64,000 bases of DNA, taken from Azolla caroliniana (Eukaryota > Plantae > Polypodiophyta). This document shows, piece by piece, positions 54,431 to 64,000 of the stretch. The notes beneath the pieces were generated by a model, which had not been told where the DNA came from, did no database searches, and worked only from the letters and a program-made list of their open reading frames with translations. A program made the translations under genes and the position numbers. Numbering within the stretch: the first letter of the stretch is position 1; each line of letters begins with the position of its first letter. The stretch spans positions 3,596,001-3,660,000 of the forward strand of contig JBHGNT010000006.1 of assembly GCA_043228905.1 (NCBI GenBank). Reading direction: 5' to 3'.

Positions 54431-55656
54431 CACTAACACATTGTCAAGTGGATTTTTTGCCTCTCACAAAGTATACATATTGCGAGAACCTTTAGGCATA
54501 GGCTTCAACAAAAGGACGAAACTTAAAAAGTTAGCTTACAAAGTATATTAGGTCTTTGGATGTTCTAAGTTGCATATATGTTTTATATATATAAACACAA
54601 CATTACATATAGAAATAACGAAAATGTCGTGGATCTTCATAAAATACCAATTTGATGCATTAATATGAAATGTTCTTTGACATACAATTTCAACATGCCT
54701 TAATTTTGTTGGTTTCTAGTTAGGCCATTATGGGTTTTAGCATATGAAACAAATATTCTAGCTAACGCTTAACTATGATAAGTTACATTATTATACGTGA
54801 ACAATGAGATTACAAGTTCTTCAAGTTTATGAATACAATTATTTTATTCTATGTTACATGCAATCAGTAATAAGCTTGAAAGAAGTCAAAATTATGGCGT
54901 AAAAATGAAGAACAATAGAAAGGAGAAAGTATTGAAAGCCTTATGATGGGAAAAGATGTCGTTCATAGGGGAACTTCTTTATTGTTATTTCGCCGATATA
55001 GAAAATGAGGCGCAAGCTTGCGTCTAAGTAAATGTTGATTGTAGTAAAGCTCAATGTCAATGTACATTTCACTGGAAAAAATAGTACTTCACAAACACAT
55101 CAACTATAGGTTTTACTAGCAAAATGTAACATATGGTCAAACATATTCGATAGTGGTATGTAGTATGGTTTGGAGTAGCGAAGTGTGACATAACATCAAG
55201 AATATTTAAGTAGACTATTGAAAGACTCCGCCTTTGGTTAAAATTGACAAGTTATATTCGCATAAAAGTATGGGGGGATGTTAGGTTAAAACATGGGTCA
55301 CTTTTCACTCTTTGGTTTGGATAAGGAAAAGTGAACTAGAACGCCAAAATGAGCATGGCTGCCACATGAGTTCCAATGTGTATCAATTGACAATCATTAA
55401 TATCAACATTACCTAGCAAATTTGTTGAGGAAGTTAGGTCATCCGAAAAATAAATGTTTGATGCCTATGCTTTAATGGTAGCTTTTTGTCTATTCCATGG
55501 CATCTTTTTTATAGGGATATTGAGAGAGGAGGAGAGCTCTTTTCTGTGACACTTTTATTAGGGAGGTATTGGGAGGAGGAGAGTGATGATTGATAATAGT
55601 TAAGATCTCCCTCACAAACCTACTCATTCTCATTCACTCTCTTGCTCATTCTCACT

Positions 55657-55660
<4 letters not shown>

Positions 55661-55721
<61 letters not shown>
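55661..55721. repeat. Compound (CA)n(CT)n microsatellite upstream of KCS
   Basis: Directly visible. Confidence 0.95.
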
Positions 55722-55724
<3 letters not shown>

Positions 55725-55803
55725 CTCTGTATCTGTCTCTTTCTTAATTCTCACTTCTCACTCCATTAGTCACTCACTCTCTCCATAGAATCAAGCTTAG
55801 GCC

Positions 55804-55867
55804 ATGGAAACAAGCGTTCATGTCCTTCCTCACACACATCCACATGACACTAGCTCAACAACAACTT

Positions 55868-55929
<62 letters not shown>

Positions 55930-57508
55930 GCACCAACATTAGATGAAAGAACAAGTTCAAGAAATGGAACAAGGGAATCTTCCCATGAATTCAACATGTT
56001 GATTGTGAAGCTCTTTGTCAAGGCATATGCACCGTATGTCCTCCTCCCCATCCTCCTCTTCCTCCTCGTCTCTCTTTCCATTACTTATTCCATCCACATA
56101 TCGACACTATTTTCTTCGCTTGAGCTTTGGGCTACAATAATTTCAATCTTGTCCATTATCACCCTCCTCTACTACAAACTCAAACCACACCTTCCGGCCT
56201 GATGACTCGTTGAAACTCAGCACAAAACTATGTGCACAAGTCACGCGAGCTCGACAATCATGCACCCCTAGGAACATGGTCTTTCAACTCAAATTGTTGT
56301 TGAAGTCTGGTCTTGGTGATGATGTCTATGGCCCCCCTTACATGTTAAGATATACCTCTGGTGAGACGATCACTCAAAAACATCCAAGCCACAATGACGT
56401 GATCGATGAGATGGATCTCATGATGTTTGGTGCTCTTGATGAGCTCCTTCTTAAGACTGGAATTGATCCTTCACAAATTGATTACCTCTTTGTCAATGTG
56501 AGCATGTTTTATCCCAGCCCATCTCTCACATCACACCTTGTGCATCGTTACAAAATGCGGGAGGATGTGAAGACATACAATTTCTCCGGTATGGGGTGTG
56601 CCGCAGGGATGATAGCACTTGATCTTGCCAAAGATCTCTTGAGACTGAATAAAGACAAGTTCGCGGTCCTTGTTGGAACTGAGAATATCACATCGACCAT
56701 GTATTGTGGGAACGATCGGTCAATGCTTGTGACAAATTGCATCTTCCGATGTGGGTCCTACGCATTACTATTGTCGAACAAGAAGAAAGATCGGAAGAGG
56801 TCCAAGTTCGAGCTTCTAGGGTCATTCCGCACAACCACAGCGGCTAGTGACACATCCTACAATGTTGTCTACTCTAGGGAGGATGAACATGGTTTCTTGG
56901 GCATATCCCTAAGCATCAAATTGCTCAATGTAGCATCCGAAGCTCTAACTCTTAGCATCATGAAACTCATCCCTAACTTTATGCCCTTCACCGAGCTCCT
57001 TAAGATCGTAGTGAATACCATACAAAGGAAGGTGTTCAATATGAAGAAAAAGAAATACTCGCTCGATTTCAAGAAAGCGTTCACGCATTTTTGTATCCAC
57101 CCGGGCGGGAAAGCGGTTCTCGAAGGCATTGGCAAGAGCTTGTCCTTATCTGATTATGACCTCGAGCCCACCAAGATGACTTTGTATAGGTTTGGTAACA
57201 CATCAAGTAGTGGGTTGTGGTATGTAATGGCCTACTGTGAAGCTAAAGAGAGGTTGAAGAAAGGTGATAAAGTTTGGCAAGTGGCATTAGGGTCGGGATT
57301 TAAGTGTAATAGCGTGGTGTGGAAAGTTTTACGAGATGTTAAACCATTGCAAGGTTTAAATCCATGGATGGAGTTCATCGATCAATACCCGGTTGATGTG
57401 CCAGATACCATCGGACCCTCACATAAACACTATGCATTTCTAAAAGAAATAGAGGAAGAACTAAAACAAGTAGAAGCAAATGAGAAACTACTACTACAAC
57501 AACAATAA
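55804..57508 (+). pseudogene. KCS: 3-ketoacyl-CoA synthase (KCS3/12/19-like), intronless, frameshifted near 56190
   Basis: Two TM helices in ORF 55804-56202, then in another frame FRPDDSLKLSTK...SGLG...PSPSL...YKMREDVKTYNFSGMGCAAG...NCIFR...FCIHPGGKAV...RFGNTSSSGLWY...GSGFKCNSVVW; catalytic Cys, His and Asn present. The conserved VYLxDYxC segment is missing at the junction. Confidence 0.88.
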
Positions 57509-57799
57509 CAATGACCAATGATGTGAACAAATGTTATTTGGTGTGTGCACGTGTGAAATGTGTATGATTTGTTATTTGTATGGTTACATATTAATCATCT
57601 ACATAGTATCTCTTGATCGACTCTTCCCTAGTGTGGCATGTCTTGACTCTTTACTTGTCAGGATCTAATAATGTAAGTTCATTATTCATTTTGTTGGCTG
57701 CTATCTTGAATGTGTTAAAATATTGATACACATATAATTAATGGGCCATTTAATATAAATGCGTATATGCATCCTTAAAATTCTTTTACTTGTTGGGTT

Positions 57800-58075
57800 G
57801 GGTGAGGGCAATGATGGATTTTTACTATTTGGCATACACTCAAGAACTTCAAAACTTTATCTTTTGTTGTCTATACTTTTCTGTGTATGTATGCACCCTA
57901 TACTTGTGTTTATACATTCTTAAATTCTTTTACTTCTTCATTGATCTTAGTGTTGGATCGGGTGGGTTCAATGATGGATTTATTGTTTGGCACACACTCA
58001 AGAACTTCGAAAGATTATCTTTTGTTGTCTATACTTTTTTGTGTATGCATGCACCCTATGCTTGTGTTTTTAGGT
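57800..58075. repeat. Degenerate duplication, period ~160 bp
   Basis: AATGATGGATTT...CACTCAAGAACTTC...TTTGTTGTCTATACTTTT..GTGTATG.ATGCACCCTAT at ~57810 and ~57970. Confidence 0.85.
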
Positions 58076-59646
58076 TCCCTACAAGTATCCATATGCAAGG
58101 AAAAGAAATTTATATACATATATGTATTTTGGATGATGCATTCTATGAGCATGGAAGCTATATAAGAATGCAAAAAGCAAATTAAGATCATATGCAACAA
58201 TGCAATATAAACTATGCTTCATGGTATGTATGTCACTAAATTTTCAACTAAATTAAATTGATTAATAATCATAATAATGTATACTTTAAATTTTGAAATA
58301 TATATTCAAGTAATAAGAGAATCAAACTTAAACTTATAGTTTCTCAGTAGTTTTAATTAATCTTTGTGTAAATTCAAATTTCTGCCAATTATAACACAAT
58401 GCTATCATTTTCTACCTTTGGTCGAGTTTTTAATTTGATAGCTAAAAAGTCATAGTGTAAAGCCCTGAAATTACAAACATGAAAGACTGTAAGATTAGAC
58501 AACTTGCCTCACGTATAAAGCCATGACCTTAAGTGTTTAGAGCGTAAACCTGGCATCTATGATTATAATTTGTAGTGGATATAAAATGATGCCAACAAAA
58601 TGTATCACTTATTTATGTTGTCCCTTTCTTTGGTATTAGGGCTTACCAATAAAAATGTCACTTAATGTACTAATTTAGTATATTCCATTGGATAATCTAT
58701 GGTTGAATGCATGACCTTCTCGTCTCCACTAGATAGCCTTACATAGAGAGGTACACATAAGGGCTTTTTTTCTATCAATTCTTCTATGAATGATTCAATT
58801 ATTACCAATTTCTTTCTAAGATGTCTTTGTAGTTTTTCGGTTTAGCTTTTCTAGGCCAATGTAATTGTTATCATTCTCTAGTGGAAAATGCACCCTAGTC
58901 AATGTTGTGACGCTATTAAGGAATCAACTAAATAATCTAACCAAAACATTAATGTTGCAAAGCCTAAAGTTTAGAACTCCATTTTCATATTTATACACTT
59001 CAAGTGATTCGGCATTTTGTACAATGTTTGTACAAAGGCTCCATTTGTTGCGTATTTGGAAAGCTCCATTGGTAGTCAAGAGGCAGTCAACAACATTATG
59101 ACACCTACCCCATCTTCCACACCTATTGCATTCTTGAAATCCTACGCCTGACATGCTAGAGAATGCCATGTCATACTATATCATAAGCTTTGTGAAGGGA
59201 ATAATGTGGTGATATTCAATTCAATATGTAATAGGAATCACTTGGGTCAACACTTCAATATTGTCAACTACGGCTTCCGAAGTATATGAAGTTGGGATTG
59301 TGAGTTGGTGTAACAAGTAAGTGGATAAATGATTCCCCAACTTTGGTGTTGTGGTTTTCCAATGAATGTTTGATTGGAAGCTCTCCATGTAGAATGTTAG
59401 AACTTCTTCCACACAATGTTATAAATTATAATAGTCCCTTATCTGCCTTGAACATCACAACACAATAAAGAGACAAGTTGAAACGTTATGATAATAGCAC
59501 AATGTTTTTTTTTTCAAAACAAAATATCCTTCCATTAGTTTCAAAAAAGGCATATTAGCTACAACCTACAAAATAGTTGGAAACGAAGCAACTATCCTTT
59601 TGAAGCTCGTCTTGTGTAAGACAATGGCTAGCCATGGATCCTTCGT

Positions 59647-60015
59647 TTAACTAAGATCCATCTCAAAATCTAATTTCATTTCAATATCTACTACCAATTC
59701 TCCCATGTTGCCACTTGCTTTCAACATACCAAAAAATGTCATCATATTAGGTAAGAGACCTTGCAGAAGCATTTGAGGATAGAGTTGTGTTGCATCCTCA
59801 TTCTTACCATGCTCAATATAACCCAATAACATGGCAATCCATTGTACCACATTTCCAACCAACAATAGTTCATCAAAAAGCTCTCGGGCTTCAATTATTG
59901 CTTGCAATTTCCCTTGTTCAACATACCTTGCTCTAGTGTCTCCACAAGCCTTCAAGATGCAAATATATGTGATCCTATCTGGTGAGAGACCCTCACTTTG
60001 CATTTTTTGGAAACA
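59647..60015 (-). pseudogene. PLS-class PPR gene fragment
   Basis: CFQKMQSEGLSPDRITYICILKACG and VVQWIAMLLGYIEHGKNEDA...PNMMTFFGMLKA; only ~2-3 motifs, internally deleted, no start. Confidence 0.85.
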
Positions 60016-60020
60016 GTAAA

Positions 60021-60796
60021 TGTTGACAAGTGTGAAAAGGATCTTAGTAGATGGGAAAGACGTGTAAAACTGAAAATATAAGCATTTTACTTCTTGATTT
60101 TGAATCCTCTATAAATGAGGCATTTTTGCGACACCAATGTATCATGACATGGGACAAATGTGGAGGCTCACACTTCACACATTATACTACACATGTTGCA
60201 CCTAGCTAGAAAACCATATTCTTTGCGGGACGGGGTTCAAACCGTACACATCGATATATGTTAGCGCCCATCCTGTTATTTGCCATTCGAACCATTGCTT
60301 CCGTGCGACTTAGCTCACATGCATTGCGATTTGAGACAGGGTGTTAGGGTACAACTGATGAGAGTGGTCGGCTATGCACACTTTGCCCTAAACAAGTTCG
60401 TGAGTCTGAGTATCACACTTTGATACAATGCTCTACCTTTGATCATATTCGACCATGCTTTCAAGATCTCTTTAACTGAGCCCAATCCTTTCACAAATTT
60501 CTCTCACAACCACAATGTGCACTCTCGATTGCAACATTCATTGGTAAAGTTCTTGAATATTGAGAGTCACTACTCACTTTCACACGTATGAAATGTAATA
60601 TTTTTGGTCTCATAGGTCATATTTGACCTCCGAAGACGATAATATAATCTTTGTCTCTGTCTCTGTCTTTCTCTTGGTGAAAACACGCAATTATATTAAT
60701 AAATGTGTTTCAAAACCTCTACTTACAATGGGTGTCACAATGGAGTATGGTCACACACTAACTATACTAAATGGCTACTCTCTCTCTCTCTCAACG
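60021..60796. mobile_element. Possible old LTR
   Basis: TGTTGA...TCAAC(G) ends; separates the PPR fragment from the LINE fragment; no TSD. Confidence 0.3.
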
Positions 60797-62130
60797 ACCC
60801 TACCTATCACCAAAGCTTGGAGGGCCGGACGCAACACAACTAGGAAGAGAGCCTTAGTTCTTCAATTTAAAGACTTAGAATCTAGAATCACTTTCTTTAA
60901 GAAGAGACCAATTCTTCGAGGATTGGGTGGGGACCCTATCTATCTCGATGAAGACCTCACCAAGATGCAAATTGAGCATCGCAAGAGTTGTATGCCAAAG
61001 GTTATGCAAGCTCGTAAAGAAGGGAATCACGCCTTTTATCGAGATGGGTGAGTGATCATAAATGATCGCACTACTAATTGACGACGTGTGGCCCATGTGA
61101 TAGAAAACACACATACAATGACCTTATAGAATTGTAACGACGCACTTTGGACACACCCCGGCCACCTAGAGGAGATATTAAAGGAATCAGATATAGTTTG
61201 CCGATTAGAAACACACCAAAGCCCAAATAGGGGACTCCCACGAGTCAAAGGATTTCGTTGGGAGTCGGCTTTTAGACAAACCTCACGTCGATGCACTACC
61301 AGGGGATCTGGAGGTGTCGCAATATTGTTTCGGAGGGAGCTACATAATAGGATAGAAATACTGAGCATAGACCCAGAAGCTCATTTTATGTGGGTGAAAG
61401 TCTCCACAAGCAAGGACAAGGCAATATTTTTCGCCATTTGTTACTTCCCCCCGAAAGGCTCTCGTTATAATCTAGCTGGCGAGGCGAGATTAGTTGATGA
61501 AGGAGTGCCACATGGGCCTTCCCCATATGAACCTCTATCGGATGACATAATTTGATATTCTTCCCAAGGAGAAGTATTCCTTGTAGGAGACTTTAATGCG
61601 AGAACCCAATCCCGACAATGCACAATATTTCAAATGAATAGAAACCTAGAAATGGTAAATGTCAATCCTTTAGACATAGGCACCACACGTAGATCAAAGG
61701 ATCAAGGTGCGGACGCCACGAGCTTTGGCCATCATTTGCTCGAACTTGGCAATCGACACCATATGGTCATATATAATGGTTTAGCCAAGTGGCCAGGTTC
61801 GGAAGAGCTCACATGTTTCCCACATGGAGGAGGGGAAAGCACAATTGATTATCTAATAGGACGCCCTGAAGCCACCCACATGATTAACTCCTTCCGAGTG
61901 GCCCCATGTCCTATTGGCGTGGACCATAGTTTCTTATACTTTGAGCTAAAATGTGATATCTCTAACGTCACCAACTCTAGTCAACCATGCCATGACATCA
62001 CAATACATTTCACACATGAGCTCTTTGACATATATGCTCGACATGTTCAAGCCCATCTCTCCTCCCTTGATCCCTCCCTACCTTTAGAGAGCCTTAGTAC
62101 GAAACTCACACACATCCTTCACTCTGTAGC
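60797..62130 (+). mobile_element. Non-L1 LINE fragment (RTEX/L2/CR1-like): ORF1 C-terminus + APE endonuclease
   Basis: ORF1 RALVLQF...PIYLDEDLT...AFYRDG. ORF2 from ATG 61118: MTL*NCN...DIVCRLETH...RGSGGVAILFR...CYFPPKGS...*...VGDFNART...STIDY...VDH. Both stops are single transitions (TGG>TAG, probably CGA>TGA). RT absent. Confidence 0.8.
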
Positions 62131-63033
62131 AGAACATGTTCGCGTTCACAAGTGGAAGGATTGCGCATTCCACTTGTAGAATCTTCTTAAAACGAAGCAA
62201 ATACACCCTCTCTACAAAAATTGGATGCACTAGTATCACATGTTCCTCAACTTGATGAGAATTTGCAAATATAAAAATACATGATAGATCTACGAGTGGA
62301 GATCATTAGAAATCATGCAAGTTTAGACACGTTGATAAGTTAATGTAGGCATAATAAAGTTCAACTATGGCTCAATATGTCACTACTGTGCGACAAGGGA
62401 AACACTAACTTAAAGACTTATATTAATTAGGTAAGTTTTGCAAAAATATCAGGTGTACTTGTATCCATACTAATAAAATGAGTTATAATTTATACTTTGA
62501 CCCATACGTTGTCGTGAAGATTTTCGGCAATAGTGTGAAAATCCCATTAAACGTACAAAATCGAGTATGAATCACGTAATACAATAATTGTGAAGATAAC
62601 ATTTTAATATCAAAGTACAAAATGATGGAGGTTTCGAATGCACTTTATTACACGAGAAATGGACAACTAAATGTCAAGATATGAGGGTATAAAGTTTGTG
62701 AAAAGAAAAGAGAAAATTGTGAGATATCCCACATAGGCACGACAAATACGGCTCTCATCATATATAAGGTGGAGCAAAAGATATTATCTTTGTGTCTATG
62801 TGTGGAGCATAGAGAGTTCAAGGTAACTTGAACTTAGAGTGGAGGTGGCTAGCTACTTGAAAAGGGTTTTGGCCAACCAAAACTGGACCGGAGATGGAAC
62901 CGGTGATCCGACCGCAATCCGGCGGCGGCATGCGGCACCGGCGGCACCGGTATGCGGCGGCGGTATCCGGCGACGGTATTCGGCGAACCGGCGACTAGAT
63001 AAAATAAATATATAAATATATATACATATACAA

Positions 63034-63105
63034 GGAGGGCAAGTATGGATTCGAACCTTGCACCTCCAAGCTAGGAGTCAAATGGCTTACCATTAAGCCA
63101 TGGTA
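63034..63105 (-). other. tRNA-like (A/B-box) sequence, probably a SINE head or TE-embedded tRNA relic
   Basis: Minus strand TGGCTTAATGGTAAG...GGTTCGAATCC with tRNA-like spacing; no convincing acceptor stem. Confidence 0.55.
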
Positions 63106-63544
63106 TTTAGTTGAAATTATATTTCTATCATTGTACTTTTACATGTAAATTCTCATACATGAGAGCTAAAATGAGTGACATGGTTAGCATGCACCACATG
63201 TAATACTTAAGCGCCAAATGGCAAACATGCAATTTATGCATGTCTTGTACCCTCACATGCATCATATGCATGAGATCATCTATAAAAGAGGGAAGGGGGA
63301 GGAGAAAAAGGACGGTTTTTTTTATGAAAATTAAGAGGAAGAAATTCGTTATCAAATTGATCGTGTAATCTCAACTTCTCTCTTTTCCAATCTATCTTAA
63401 GTACTTTCTCGCCAAAGCTTGTATCGACTCTAAATCCTTCTGGTCCAGAACCCCGGCGGTTCCGCCTCACGATCCGCGCGTAGTGACGGATCTTCACGAC
63501 AACGTGCATGTATGTAATTGTGGAAAATGTAGGATAGTGCACAT

Positions 63545-63785
63545 TAGGATAAGTGATTGGAATAACTAACTTATTAAAGTATTCAATACTTGTATTTAAA
63601 GTTGATCTAATCTATTCCTTAGTTTGTTCATATGGGATCAAACCATATGTATATAATTGTGGACAATGTAAGGCAGTGAACTTTAGGATAATGTCGTGGA
63701 AATAACAAACCTATTAGGCTTTCATACCTGTATTTAAAATTGATCTACTCTATTGCTTAGGTGATTCACACAGGATCAAACTCCG
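63545..63785. repeat. Degenerate duplication, ~138 bp period
   Basis: TTAGGATAA...GGAAATAAC...TGTATTTAAA.TTGATCTA.TCTATT.CTTAG...GGATCAAA occurs twice. Confidence 0.7.
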
Positions 63786-64000
63786 AACGATAACGCAACT
63801 GGAACCATTATCAACACACTACACCATCTAACCAGCAATGGAATAGAAAGATAATAGTTTTAACAATAGAAGACAAAGATCCATAATAACAACATGGACA
63901 GTCATGGAAACAATTATAGGGCCATGTTCTGTTAAGGTTAGCTTGGACCAAAATCAGCCTCAATTTAAACTAATTCATGTTTCTCCATAAATTTGGTAGT

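Noticed and set aside
56210-57508. Stand-alone 432-aa KCS starting at 56210
   Set aside because: The start is TTG and the N-terminal TM region lies in the upstream frame; no intron-sized GT-AG gap bridges the two.
58700-59420. Cys-rich ORF (ECNRCGRWGRCH) as a host zinc-finger gene
   Set aside because: Short and interrupted; more likely decayed LINE sequence.
63034-63105. Functional tRNA gene
   Set aside because: A/B boxes are present but the acceptor stem and cloverleaf do not pair.

Overview
AT-rich, transposon-dense land-plant nuclear DNA, probably from a fern or another non-seed plant (inferred from a PLS-type PPR fragment and a Tcn1-like chromovirus). Host genes: (1) an intact two-exon AGCVIII/D6PK-like kinase (+, 16160-18061); (2) a large multi-exon minus-strand gene (~22150-34094) whose exons, spliced by hand, give a C2 + MUN (MHD1/MHD2) protein resembling animal Munc13-4/BAIAP3 rather than plant PATROL1, the most interesting item here; (3) an orphan last exon of an EF-hand gene joined in frame to a retrotransposon chromodomain; (4) a KCS3/12/19-like 3-ketoacyl-CoA synthase broken by one small frameshifting deletion; (5) a PPR fragment. 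The rest is L1-type LINEs (several with TSDs, one near full length), a non-L1 (RTEX/L2-like) LINE fragment, solo LTRs, a TRIM-like element with a tRNA-Ala PBS nested in a solo LTR, a chromovirus with a Tf1-type self-priming signature, a perfect 157-bp inverted duplication and many short tandem duplications. All homology calls come from remembered motifs; no database search was run.
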